The notes under the pieces: model-generated
What the model saw: the letters and a program-made list of their open reading frames with translations, nothing else
Told to the model about the DNA's origin: nothing
Database searches by the model: none
Assembly (NCBI GenBank): GCA_964016885.1
Contig: OZ024740.1
Span: forward strand, 147,436,001-147,500,000
Origin: Eledone cirrhosa
Taxonomy: Eukaryota
DNA length: 64,000 nt
Reading direction: 5' to 3'
Shown here: positions 36,901 through 49,327 of the stretch, piece after piece
Layout: each line of letters starts with the position of its first letter
Numbering within the stretch: position 1 is the first letter of the stretch
Translations under genes and position numbers: made by a program

Positions 36901-39298
36901 GGCGAGACCCAGTTGTTTTTCCAGCAGTACGACAACCCCACCCCCACCACCAGGTTGACAGAGAGATGCATGCACCTCAAAGTCATCAAAGGTAGGGGCC
37001 AGCTGCCGCACGACGCTGATCCGAGTCTCACAGATAACCATTACATTTATACCACGTGACCTGAGGTTATTTAGAAGCTTTGCTTGCTTCCAAGTTGAGC
37101 CCAGGCCACGTGCATTCAAACATCCTACTCTTAACACATCCATGTGGGCGGCAAAGCCAAAGGAGAGTGTAGAGACCTACCTTTCTGATTCCCGGGGTTC
37201 GGGTCGCCCGACTTCCATGGGGTCGGGGGTGTTGGGTGAAGGGGTGTCTTGTGGTGGTGTGGGGTTCTCAGTGTGTGGTGGGGTTGGGGTGTTTGGAGTT
37301 GTGTTGGGGAGGGGAAGGGGAGGGGGAAAGCTTTTTAGTAGGACGCGGTTTATGGGTTTGACAGAGGGTGGTCCTACGTCCTCCTTAAAATCCTTTTTTC
37401 GTTTTTGGTAGAGGTTCATTGGGATCTTTATTAATTTTAAATGTGGGTAGTTTTCTGAAGAAACAAAGTTTACACCTTCGGTTAGTACCGAAGGGTTATT
37501 GTTTATGAGTTCATTTAATTTATTATTGTTTCTGTTGATGTAAGTATAGTGTAATGTCTTTTTTTCGGATGGTGTGAGTGTTGAGGGGAGGGGCAGGTTT
37601 GGTTTTGTTTGTTGCTGGAGGAGTGTTTTGTGTTTTGTTGGATTGTGTTGACATTTGGGTAGGGGTTGTTTGGTCTTGTGTGTTTTGCACATGTTTTCTT
37701 TTAATCTGTCTGAAGGACTCCGTTTCTTCCTCCGAATTCGTTGGGTTGTCTTCAGTGTTGGAGGGAAGAGGTATGTTTGCTGGTAATGTTTCCGTGTTGG
37801 TTTTCTTTGTGGGGGAGATGGATGTCACTATGTTAGACTGTGTTGTGTGTTGTGGCTGCGGTGGTTGTGTTGTTTTATTGAGTGAGGGGTTGGGTGGGAC
37901 TGTTTTGTTTTTGGGTAATGTGTTGTGACTGTTTATGTTGTGGTGGTGGTGTAGTTTTATTGAGGGACGGGTTGGGTGGGACTGAGTTTTGTTGTTTGCT
38001 TATCTATTGTGGTGGTGGTGGAGCTGGTGTTGGTAGCAGGGTTTTCTTCTTGTTGAGTTGGGGACAAGCCGCCTTCAGGTGCCCTCTGCCTGCACAGATA
38101 TGACAGGACGGCCTTCTCCCCTCCACGCTAATGTTTATATACCCGTGGCCCTCTAATAGGATTCTGTCGGGTATTTGGGCAATGCGTTCAGGCTTCATTT
38201 GCACTACAAGTTCTATACCTGTTCCACTGAACGCATTGCCTGAGGTTTTCCCAATGGAAATCGCGTTGTCATTCGCTGGATCGATGAAGCCAACTATGAG
38301 CCAGCAGTAGTCCACATCTGGCATCATTGCATCCAGCCATATGCGCTGAGTTCTTTTACCCATATAAGATGGATAAAAGGTAAAATTTGTCGAACGAATC
38401 GGCGACAAAGCATATTTTTTTGCCGCCGATTCGTTCTTCATAATAATCGCTAGGCTTCCATACAGTCTGTCTCTTCTTATGAAAGTGGTTTCATTAAGTA
38501 CTTCTGTAAGTACTGCTTTGATTTCTGTTTGTATTGGTTGTTGAGGTTTTTTAGAAATGTTGTTGATGGTGCGGAAAACGACCGTCCAACTTTCAATGTC
38601 TTTGGTGAGTTCTTGAGGCATTTTTACCGATAAAATACCATTTTCCCCTTGAGTTATGTATTGTTTGGTGTTTTTAATTCTTTGTGCCACATCTGAAATA
38701 TTTTCAGGTATATATGTCAAAGATTTCTTTGTTGTTTGTGCAAACGAAATATTATTGGTGTTGACTTTGTCGTCTGCTTTGCTTTCTGTTATGATGTTGT
38801 TTTCAAATGTTATTTTTGTGTTTGTTGTCTTTGTTTGTGGTATTAATATTGTCATGCAATTTTTCAATTTTTTTTTCTTGTTGGAATCAATGTCCAGATT
38901 TGTGTTTTCGTCATTTTTCTCCGCACATTCGTCTGTTTTTCTTTTATTTTTTCTTTCTTTCTCTATGACGTTAGTTGGGAAGGAAGGGGGGGGGGGACTA
39001 AAGCGTGCGAGCTTACAACTCTTACCGCTGTCCCCCCACCACTATTTTCGTTAGCTTCGTTTAACATTTCTGTCACACGATTGAAATTTTCAGCCATAAA
39101 ATTTTTAAAAACAGGTTTTTCACCCCTGGGAGGGGCGAAGATGAGCTGACCCACCGTCTGACAGTTCAGGGGGGTCAAGCTACACAATAGTATCAAAATT
39201 AAAATTGAACTTACAAAATTTCCGCAATAAATTGGAACAAAACTTCTGCGCGAAGTGAATTACATCTACGCTGTAGAACAGACGACAGCTAGAATTTG
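33974..39298 (-). mobile_element. L1/Tx1 copy 2 (disrupted)
   Basis: Same family; in-frame deletion of about 480 bp after GPGYW, frameshift near 35785, TGG>TGA at 34530, broken ORF1; ~23-bp TSD at 33951-33973 and 39299-39321. Confidence 0.92.
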
Positions 39299-39321
39299 AA
39301 TATATAGATAGATAGATATAT

Positions 39322-39391
39322 TTCTTTATTAGCCACAGGGGCACAAAAGAAGGAGACAAATACAAAGGGGGAAGTTTACATACAATAAAAA

Positions 39392-39393
<2 letters not shown>
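39322..39393 (-). mobile_element. L1/Tx1 3'-end stub (copy 3)
   Basis: TTCTTTATT...GACAAATACAAAGGGGG..TTTACATA matches the 3' ends of copies 1 and 2; abuts (TA)n. Confidence 0.8.
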
Positions 39394-39470
<77 letters not shown>

Positions 39471-39503
39471 AGGAGAGAGAGAGAGAGAGAGAGAGAGAAA
39501 GAA

Positions 39504-39548
<45 letters not shown>

Positions 39549-39661
39549 ACACCATCAATTCCTGATGGAGTCTTATGGAGTCTTAAAGAATCTTGGACAT
39601 TCAAAGCCTAAGGGAGTCCACCCCTTTCTAGGTCGGAACACAGCTAAATTCTTCCAGACAA

Positions 39662-39752
<91 letters not shown>
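39394..39752. repeat. (TA)n and (GA)n microsatellites
   Basis: Seen directly. Confidence 0.95.
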
Positions 39753-39754
<2 letters not shown>

Positions 39755-39799
39755 AAATATTGACCTAAAAAATTGAGAGGCAACGTTGACTTTGTCGAG

Positions 39800-40140
39800 A
39801 TTTGAATTCAGAGTGCAATGAACCGGAACACATATCAAACGACACTGCCAATCCACTGCATTCATTTGTCTTTGACTATACTGCTCAATTAGCAGTTCTT
39901 GTTTTCTATGACAATGTTGCCAGGTTGTGCTACATGACTTCAGACAAAACCTGTCTGAAAAAGATCTTTAGTCTTCCGGATGTTAATTTTCAATCCAAGC
40001 CCTGTATGAATTCTGAGCTTTTGGATTCAAGAGTGCAATCTTCAGGAAATATTTCCATCATTAACAGATGTGTGATCTAAGTTTTAGCTTTGCGGTTGGA
40101 CATCTTAAACAGGTTAGCATCAGCACTAGTCTGTATGTAC
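39800..40140 (-). mobile_element. RTE-like RT fragment
   Basis: NLFKMSNRKAKT and LGLKINIRKTK remnants. Confidence 0.5.
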
Positions 40141-40445
40141 ACACTTACATTTGAATTATAAAAAAACCTTCTATATTGTATTTACTGATATCTCATGTGG
40201 TATACAACATCCAGCAATTTACAGTTTACCGTTTCCAGATATTCAGATGCATTGTTTTCGGATTTGGTGATGTTATGGAGTTATTGAAATAGCACCTTAG
40301 TAATACTTTCGAATAAGTAAAGAAATGTTTTACATTTATTTTTATACATACACAGAGATGCACAGTACGGATGTTTAATAAACAGCTGGTGTCTCTGACA
40401 TAACAAACATAAATACTTAAAAACTGCGAGTAACTTTTATTTATA

Positions 40446-41603
40446 TATCGGGCTGCCAGGTTCCTTGAAGACATTTAATAGAAAAAGGCATAAGCCATGA
40501 AAAAAGAGCCTTATTTGAAGAGAAAATAGCATGAATAATCCTGAGACTCTCCTTGATCCATCAACTCAATGAATCTACCGTTATCATCGATGACTGCTTC
40601 ATTACGAAATCTGAAATGTTGAATGCCCGAATCAGATGATCTTTATCTATTTTGGACATTGTGCTTGTTATGGAGGACTTCCGAAACTTTATAGTGTTAT
40701 TGGGACGTTGATTGATTTCTCTCTCAACTACGTTCCATACTTGTAGTCCAACAGATTCAGGTCTGGGGAGCTAGGAGGTCATATGTTTGGAGTGATATGA
40801 TTGTGGAAATTGTAACTCATCCATTTTTGGGTCATCTTGGCTTTATGAGACGGCGCAGAGTCTTTTTGGTGGGAGTACGGTCTTCTCTTGCTCACACTCT
40901 CTTTCAAAGGCCTCCCAACACTCTCCAACACCTTATATTCAGCAGCACTGGCCCTTAAACCCCGAGAAAAGATTTGAGGCGGCATGACATCTCCCTCGCT
41001 GCTCGCACCTTCCAGAACCATCAGAATTGCTGGAAACTTTGTGTGCATGACCGTTAGCAGATCTTCGGGGGGGGGGGGGGGGGGGTCTGCATAAACATCT
41101 GTCATTTCTTCGGTTGACATTTTGATGCAGAGCAAAATCAAAGCATTCCAGACTCTTGATGTTTCAATTTGCTCAACAAGCGCTTTGCGCGGATCAGACC
41201 GTTATATTTGACTCTGCAGACATGAATTGGCCTCACCGTATCACATATCGAAGTATCAAGATTCGAAGTTCCTTATGCACAATTCTTTCGATTGTGTGTC
41301 TTGATACCTTGAGCTCCTTAGCAACAGCGTTAATTGACTTTCTGGTGTTCTCATCGATAATTTTCTGCACCTTTCATGCACATTTGGGTGTTCTGATGGC
41401 ATTAGGTTTCTTAGCAGAAAGTGAGCAATCTTAAATCCCCATGTTCTGCCTTTAAGGCAACAATTACATTATGTCATTTCATTTGCTGAGTTAGCTTGAT
41501 GTCTGCCATCATTTATCTAAAAAGAAATGATAATCAGAGCCAGTTAGAAGAATTTAGAGCAACTAAAAGATGTGTCCTCAACGGACTGAGCAACCCGGAT
41601 TAT
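40446..41603 (-). mobile_element. Tc1/mariner (maT/DD37D-like) transposon relic
   Basis: MVL..SSEGDVMPP.IF..GLR, QKDSAPSHKA..TQKW, *PPSSPDLNLLDY; degenerate TIR-like ends (TA..CGGGYTGC). Confidence 0.8.
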
Positions 41604-41779
41604 AACTAATTTGTAATGGCATCCTCTCACCTCTTTCCCCTTTATTTCACATTCTTTCTCTCATTTACTTCACCTATTCTTTTTCTTGTAAATATAATAT
41701 ATTAATTAAAGGCAGATGGTGGCAACTACAATAGTGGTAACTAAAAATGCTTAATGGATTGTGTATGTAGCGCAAATCT

Positions 41780-42280
41780 TAGATCTTACCACCTCAAATC
41801 ATCAGGGCAGCAAAAAAGTTCATATTCATATTTGGACCCAAATGCTTACCAGTAAGTCTTCACTAAAGAGAGGTGCTAATGAGCACGAAATCATAAGAAA
41901 TTTCAAGTGTATATTTTTAACTGTGATCAGCATCCAGACATTCCCAAATGAATATGAGTGACTGGATGACGAAGTTGCCCGATTGATCAGTGAGTGAATG
42001 AGTGAAATTCTGAATGGTCGAAATATACATCCAATGGTAGTCATTCATTGTATTAACATACGAGGAGACTTTAAGTTCAAAAGCCGACATTAATAAGTCT
42101 GAGGATGTAAAAGCCGACCATGAGGTATTTGCAGAAGTAATTAAAATTGTAATCAGGGTAATTAATTTTCTATCTGCACGTGCTTTAACTCCGCTCCACT
42201 TAGAATTTACTTAGTCAGTTGAAATTGTTGTAAACTTGAATAATTATGTATAAGGATGCCCATTGGCTTTGTCGAGTTTC
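41780..42280 (+). mobile_element. hAT (Charlie/GTF2IRD2-like) transposase relic
   Basis: IHCI and VIKIVIRVINFLSARAL remnants. Confidence 0.5.
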
Positions 42281-42335
42281 TGTTTTTATTTGATGTGTTG
42301 AGTGTTTATTTGATGTATTGAGTGATGTATTGAGT

Positions 42336-42382
<47 letters not shown>

Positions 42383-42386
<4 letters not shown>

Positions 42387-43469
42387 AAAAAGTATGACCC
42401 CGACGGCAGAGCTCAAGCCGCTTCGACGGCTATTTCTGGACTAAATTAGAATTTTTAGCCTGGTGAATAAATAGCCGAACTTGTCAAGGGGTACTTCCTT
42501 ATATGGGAAGATTGTAGTTGTCAAGAGGATTGGTTAAAATTTGTTGTAAACACAAATAAGTCTATCATGGCATTTAGTGGGAGGTAGGGGTGGATGAACT
42601 TGCCTGTAGAACAATAAGGGTGTGAGTGGAGCGGTCAAGCGTTGAAAGTGATATGTATACAGCAGATTCTAAGGATAGTGTATGAAGTGGAGGAGGGGCG
42701 TTATAGAATAGGTAAATCGAATGAGAGTAGGAGACAATAAAAGATAATAGAAAAAAAATATATATAGTGAGAAATGAATAAAAATTTGTTGTTGAGGGGG
42801 CACGTAGATCTATCAGGGCAGTTACACCTTCTGGTCGGTTCTCCACTGATGTCTAGGTTATTTCTTCCATAGGGGTTGAGTTTTTTGTTGTTTGAGGAGA
42901 CGATGTTTTGTGCGAAGTTAGGTGTGGTGCTGTAGGAGAGTTTGATGGTGTTTTTGTTGATTATGTTGTGGTAGCGGTGTTGTAGTGGGAAGTGTTTTTC
43001 GAGGAGTCTAAAGAAGATTTTCCCGATAGGTGTTGCTACCTCGGCATTATGGGGAGGATTGAACCACGCTACGTTGCGTGAGCGGCGGTGTCGCCTGCTG
43101 GTTCCGCTAAGGGAAGCTGGATAAAAGGATATTTCCTCCCGGAAGCCACTCCGCTTGAGGGCCTGGTTGTAATGAGGCGCGTGTTCGTCGAATATCTGCT
43201 CATTAGCGGACAAACAAGATATGCGGAGGGAGATGTTTTTAACCAGGTTATTGGTGATGTTTCTAGGATGGTTAGAGCGGCGGTGGATGTAGTGCAGGTT
43301 GTCGTTTGGTTTCCTGTATAGGTAGTACCAGGAAATTGACTCGGGTTAGGGACGTTTGTAGGGTGATTTTAAATCCCCAGTCCTGGAGTAGCTTCCGGGA
43401 GGAAATATCCTTTTATCCAGCTTCCCTGAGTGGAACCAGCAGGCGAGACCGTCGCTCACGCAGTCGTAG
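42383..43469 (-). mobile_element. Penelope-like retroelement fragment (Naiad-type linker), endonuclease deleted
   Basis: YNQALKRSG, RNVAWFNPP, HFP..H, IKLSYS, CNCPDRSTCPL; degenerate hammerhead at 42397-42492; inverted duplication 43385-43469 of 43068-43152. Confidence 0.85.
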
Positions 43470-44532
43470 ACATTGAACTGAATTTACTTGCGTTTGTATA
43501 GGGTTTCGGTTGACCCAATTTCTGCAATTTACATCGTCAAATTGAGATTTGACCTATATAACATTTGTTGTTTTGTAAACTAACTTTCGGTGAATACTAT
43601 ATTGGTATATATATATTTTTTTCTTCGACCTCGCGTCGGTGTGTGTGAGTGTGTGTGTACTCACTCACACTAACTGTGACCGACTGTAATTCTAAAGATT
43701 TGATGTTGAGATTAGACCCGTCCAGCGTCTTTTACAGCTATTGAGAGATAGAGACTTGATAGTTTTATGACCCTAACTGAGGACGATAGCAGTCGGCGTG
43801 TTTTGGCTGCTTAATCTTCATATGGGGGACAAAACTCTAGTGAGTGAACATCGTTAAATTTTCTCCCTCATATCAAGATTTGAAGACAATTCATTTTCAC
43901 CTGCCGAGGTCAGTGATAATCGATCATGGCCGCACGATCGATCTATCTCTTATTGAAACATGTGTCGTGATTAAAATTATTGGAAATTTATACCATACCT
44001 TCGGATCTTTATTTTGATATATATATATATATATAGAATAGAATGAAACGAAATTTCATTTCTCACTCTTAGTACGGCAGTTACTTAAATGTAAGTATGT
44101 ATGTATGTATACGTACATACATATATGTATACAGACGTACAGTAGTATGTATATATATATACATACATGCACACATATATATATGCACGTATCGGTTTAC
44201 CGAAAATTTATTATAATGCTCGGTTTGTTTGTATTATAATAAATGTTCGGTAAACTGATACATGCATATATATATGTGTGCATGTATATATATATACATA
44301 CTACTGTACGTCTGTATACGTATATGTATGTACGTGTACATACATACTTACATTTAAGTAACTGCCGTACTAAGAGTGAGAAATGAAATTTCGTTTCATT
44401 CTATTCCATTTATCGTTTTCGGTGCGCCTGGCCGACTAAATTCACTTGATATGCAAATTGGGCTGCTCAGCCGTTAATATGCATAAGGAAAGTATATACT
44501 TTCAGACGTTCAACCTTCTGGCAGGAAGATAT

Positions 44533-44575
44533 ACGATGCTGACGATAGCTAATAAGCTTGAAACTAGTACATCGT
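44533..44575 (+). ncRNA. Type I minimal hammerhead ribozyme (intact core)
   Basis: ACGAUG-CUGACGA-UAGCU AAUA AGCUU-GAAA-CUAG-UA-CAUCGU; palindromic stem III ACUAGU. Confidence 0.85.
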
Positions 44576-44664
44576 TCCTGTGTCAGTGTTGAACAAAAAG
44601 GTGACGTGGTTGCCTAAACACTGTACGGCGTAATTCGACGTTCAACCATCTGGCAGGAAGATAT

Positions 44665-44707
44665 ACGATGCTGACGATAGCTAATAAGCTTGAAAGTAGT
44701 ACATCGT
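44665..44707 (+). ncRNA. Second hammerhead in 132-bp tandem unit (stem III variant)
   Basis: Same as the previous one except GAAAGUAGUA. Confidence 0.75.
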
Positions 44708-44914
44708 TCTTGTGTCAGTGTTGAACAAAAAGGTGACGTGGTTGTCTAAACACTGTACGGCGTAATTCGGGCTGTTTGTTTGTTTACAAACAAACCGAGC
44801 ATTATAATAAATGTTCGGTAAACCGATACGTGCATATATATATGTGTGCATGTATGTATATATACATACTACTGTACGTCTGTATACATATATGTATGTA
44901 CGTATACATACATA

Positions 44915-44979
<65 letters not shown>

Positions 44980-45418
44980 CTTTCGTCCCCTCTGTCAGTT
45001 AACACTTTCTCTCGACTGACCTCTTCCTCGCACTTCCACTCACTCACTCTCTGTTTCTCCCCTTCTCACTTCCTCCCGTTCGCTAGGAGTCGGATTCCTT
45101 CTTTCTCACATCTCATTCACAGCGAAAGGTCTGTTTGCTAAGCGCTCATGAATTCACCCAGCTTATACTGATCGAATAACCATGTTGCTTGTTTTTCTTC
45201 CCATCTTCGGTTAGCTTTTCCTTGTTGTTTACTTGTCTCACTCGCTTTATGCGTTTCACTTGTCCCAATAGCTTATTTTAGTTATTGCTCGCACCAACGT
45301 GAGGTATATGATTTTTAATGCGATGAAATACCAATGATCGTTGGCAAATCACCGATGAGGACTAATTTTATAATATGTAATCCATGTGCAACCATGCAGT
45401 ATTCTTCTCCCCATATTT

Positions 45419-45451
<33 letters not shown>

Positions 45452-45453
45452 AT

Positions 45454-45497
<44 letters not shown>

Positions 45498-45517
45498 TCT
45501 ACACTGAGATGAACGCC

Positions 45518-45573
<56 letters not shown>

Positions 45574-45774
45574 ATAATAATAAATTTGAACAACTAAAAT
45601 CCAAAGAAGGCTCGATAAGGATAAATATATATCAAATATATAACTTCCAACGTTTTTCGAAATATTTAGTTCTGCGTTCACAGATTGATTTTTTTTTAGT
45701 TTCAGAAGATCCCGTTAAGAGTGAAAGCAGCGATTCTTTGCTTAAACTTTAATCTGTTATTTTAATATATATAT

Positions 45775-45956
45775 AACGAAGGAGTTGTGGTAAGGAACCA
45801 GATGGACCATAACGCACCTGAGTACTCACTACGTAGTAGAGTGGGTAATAGGAAAATGTATGACCCTGACAGCAGAGTTCAAGCCGTTTCGACGGCTATT
45901 TCTGGACTCCGTCGAAACGGCTTGAGCTCTGCCGACGGGGTCATACATTTTCCTAT
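45775..45956 (-). mobile_element. Penelope-like terminal fragment with foldback
   Basis: Reverse complement of the 24485-24690 family; inverted arms 45848-45895 / 45909-45956. Confidence 0.75.
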
Positions 45957-46288
45957 ATATATATATATGTATGTACGTATGTGTATATATGAGTGTGTGT
46001 ATGTGTGTGCGAGCTTGTGCACGTTTCTTTGTCTTTATGTGAGTACACATTATGTGATGCGTTAATAGTTAGATAATTTTATTAAATATCACAGGATTTA
46101 TTTATTTACGTTTTTTTTTTAAAAGTGTTTTAGTCATGCATCTATAACTGTTTGGTAGTTTTGATCATAACGGTGTTTATATCTGTCCATGGACATCAAT
46201 ATTGATAAGTTGCACGTGCATGTTTGTTTATGTGCGTGCGGATATATGTGTGTAGATATGCTTGTGTTATTGTCTTTGTGTAAGTGTG

Positions 46289-46321
<33 letters not shown>

Positions 46322-46351
46322 CTGTGTGCTAGTATATTTTATATATTATAC

Positions 46352-46950
46352 TTAGCAAATGCAGGCAAGCCTGTGTGAAAAATGTGTCAAGAATTTGAAC
46401 CGTTTATGAACTTTGTCCGATGAGTTATGTTTCTGGGAAGCTTTCTCAATATGTCCTATAACTTTATGGTGATTGTGGTATCGAGCGTAAGCGATTGGTT
46501 TTTCTTTGAAACTATCTTCAACAGATATGTCTGCATTACGGGACAAAAGAAATTCAACAATTTTGGGATCACCTCTATACGCTGCTAAATGCAACAGTGT
46601 ACAGTTACCTGGTAATCCATCACTTGATTCGCCTAATTGGCAGTTGATACTTACTCCAGAATCTAAGACTTTTTCAAGTAGTTCTTTATGACCCCGTAAA
46701 ACGCAGGCATGCACAAATGTCCATCCATGAATATTATGTGTAAAGATTTTCTTTGCCGTAAGAGGTCGAGATTTAATGATGTTATTAACATTTCTTAAAA
46801 GGTTCTTTTCTTTCGAATGCAACTGCTTAAGTAAACTTACAGCAATTTTGTCAATTCTGAAAGCATCTGGAAATGGTGATGCGGGTTCTGGAAAATCAAG
46901 TGCCATAAAGTAGGGCATGGTGTTGTGAAGGTTTTGTAGTTTTGTGAATC
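46352..46950 (-). CDS. Ankyrin-repeat protein, terminal (possibly only coding) exon
   Basis: GWTFVHACVLRGHKELLEKVLDSGVSIN; TLLHLAAYRGDPKIVEFLLSRNADISVED..PIAYA; TTGTTCCAG acceptor at 46951-46952; in-frame ATG at 46918. Confidence 0.8.
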
Positions 46951-47008
46951 CTGGAACAAACAATAAACTAATTAGTTACATCGGAATAAACGAGAGTGAA
47001 GGTGTATA

Positions 47009-47077
<69 letters not shown>

Positions 47078-47119
47078 ATGTGTGTGTGTGTGTGCTGAGA
47101 GTGTGATATAATATTGATT

Positions 47120-47331
47120 TATAATTTAGGCACATAGCCAGCAAGTTATAGGAGTAGGGCAAAGCTGATTAAATCAACCCCAGTAGTTGACTGGTAATTT
47201 ATTTTATCGACATTGGAAAGACGAAAGGCAAATTTGATCTCATTGGTATTTAACCTCAGAATGTAAAGACTCAGAAAAAATACCATTGGTATTTTATTGG
47301 ACGCTCTACCAATTCTGCCAACTTTCCGCCC
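47120..47331 (-). mobile_element. tRNA-derived SINE (degenerate)
   Basis: A-box and central domain recognisable. Confidence 0.65.
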
Positions 47332-47561
47332 TTAAGGTGTAATATTACTCGACAGCAGTATTTGTAACAACAATCCCCCACCTTCTCTACAATTATGGTA
47401 AGCATTTGTCAGAATGTTTCAACGATAACCTTTATAATCAAAATAGGACAAGGACATAATGAACTACTGGCTTACGTTCCAAAGTTTGCTGATCCTTGTA
47501 TCTTATCTACACAAATGTCGAAGTTCAAGAGACTACATTCCATTCACAATCATTATTAAAA

Positions 47562-47990
47562 GGGCGGTGGATTGGCAGATCGGTATAGCGTCGGACACCC
47601 TGCTTCGCGGCATAGAGTTACGGAACCTTTATGATCTGAGTTCAAATCCCGTCGAGGTTAGCTTTGCCTTTCATCCTTACAGGGTCAATAAAATAAAGTA
47701 CCAGTCACGCGCTGGGTTCGGTTTAATCGACGTTCCCCTCCCCCAAAATTGTTTGCCTTGTGCCTATATAAGAAACCATTATTAAAAGGGCGGTAGATTG
47801 GCAGATCGGTAGAGCGTCGGACACCCTGCTTCGCGGCATAGAGTTATGGCCCTTTATACTCTGAGTTCAAATCCTGTTGAGGTTAGCTTTGCCTTTCATC
47901 CGTACGAGGTCGATAAAAAAGTACCAGTAATGCACTGAGACCGATTTAATCGACATTCCCCTCTCCCCAAATTACAGGCCTTGTGCTTGC
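47562..47990 (+). mobile_element. Two tandem tRNA-derived SINEs
   Basis: 47562-47783 and 47788-47990; TGGCAGATCGG A-box, GAGTTCAAATCC B-box; CATTATTAAAA precedes both copies. Confidence 0.85.
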
Positions 47991-48489
47991 TTATTCTACG
48001 GCGAAAAAAAAAAAAAAATCAAACAGCGTTTCAACTTTTGCACAAAGCTCTGTGTGTATATGTGTGTGAATGTATGTGTGTGTAAAAGGGAGGAAGGGGG
48101 ATGGTGAAAAAACTACGGCAAAAACAGCCAACAGACTTCCAGCCTGTTCCACACTGCGTGAATGTATGTGTGTGTGTTTGTGTGAATGTATGTGTCTGTT
48201 TGTGTGAATGAATGTGTGCGTTTGTGTGAATGTATATGTGTGTACTTGTATGAGTGTATGTCTGTATGTGTGTATGCGTGTGTATTTGTGTGTGTTTATC
48301 GGTGTTTGTAGGTTTATATTTATACACAAATCTATATGATAACAACGATATTAATTCAAATGTAAATAAAGGTGTATATAACGATTAGAATGTAAATATA
48401 TTCAATATGTTTGTATATATAAGAATATGTAAATATATATATATACTAGGAAACTACAACCCAAACCAAACAGTGAGTTACCTTCCTTT

Positions 48490-48610
48490 ACGGTCTGAGT
48501 TCAAATCCTGCCGAGGTTAACTTTGCCTTTCATCGTTACAGGGTCGATAAAATAAAGGACCAGTAATGCACTGGAATAATTGCTGGCTTTGTGCCAAAAC
48601 TAGAAACAAT
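48490..48610 (+). mobile_element. tRNA-derived SINE (5'-truncated)
   Basis: B-box plus central domain. Confidence 0.75.
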
Positions 48611-48945
48611 ATATATTTGTTAATGCTAAGTTATAACAATATACCGTATTAGCTGGACAATTGGACGCCCTTTCGTATGAGTCGCTCTCTCTCTCTTTTT
48701 TTAAAAATATTTTACGTTATATCTTGACGTTTATAGGCATTTTTATGGTTCACGTCCAATATTCGCGGTTTTTCACTCTTCCCGGGTGCTCTAGGAACGT
48801 AACCCCGCGAAGGAAAAGTACATCTTTCCACATACTAATGATACGAACCCATGCCGATATATTTGATTTTGCCATTTATCTAATTTAACAATATAAATTC
48901 TCTACAGGACAAACACTACACATACTGACGGACACACAAACGTAT

Positions 48946-48985
<40 letters not shown>

Positions 48986-49098
48986 CGTATGTGTGTGTGT
49001 ATGCATGTGTTGGTGTGTGTATGTGTGTATGTCTATATTTGTGTGTGTGTGTGTATGTGTGTATATTTATGTGTGTGCGTACGTCTTTATTTATATAC

Positions 49099-49134
<36 letters not shown>

Positions 49135-49260
49135 GTATGTATGTGTGTGTGTGTTTTACGTTTTTACGTTTTTACTTGTTCCAGCCATCTGGCTGAGGCC
49201 ATGCTGGTATATATATTAATTCAAAATATTAACAAAAATAGAACTTCTTGTGATCAAGTA

Positions 49261-49327
49261 TATTTTATTATACATATTTCAGAGGTACTGAGATAACTTC
49301 AACAGTACGTCCTCATCAGATAAAATA
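49261..49327 (-). ncRNA. Type I minimal hammerhead ribozyme
   Basis: UAUUUUAU-CUGAUGA-GGACGUACUG...CAGUACCUCU-GAAA-UAUGUA-UA-AUAAAAUA. Confidence 0.75.

Larger units (their letters stand above)
44036..44917 (+). mobile_element. Non-coding Penelope/retrozyme-like element with inverted and direct terminal repeats
   Basis: 44036-44216 inverted versus 44233-44406; about 44800-44917 repeats 44233-44350; two internal hammerheads; flanked by (TA)n. Confidence 0.75.

Noticed and set aside
28196-39054. Many plus-strand ORFs overlapping the Tx1 copies, e.g. 32225-32980
   Set aside because: Antisense shadows of ORF1/ORF2 with no independent motifs.
39329-39865. ORFs rich in SL/YI/RE repeats (also near 24.1, 44.8, 45.3, 48-49, 54.2 and 58.6 kb)
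   Set aside because: They are translations of (TA)n, (GA)n, (CA)n and (TAA)n microsatellites.
43725-43975. Additional hammerhead with a long stem II
   Set aside because: GAAACAUGU and pairing arms are visible, but the core and stem I are too degenerate to call.
44505-44768. CRISPR-like array
   Set aside because: Two full tandem units with no unique spacers, eukaryotic context and no cas genes.
47562-47660. tRNA gene
   Set aside because: A/B boxes belong to a multicopy SINE head; no cloverleaf.
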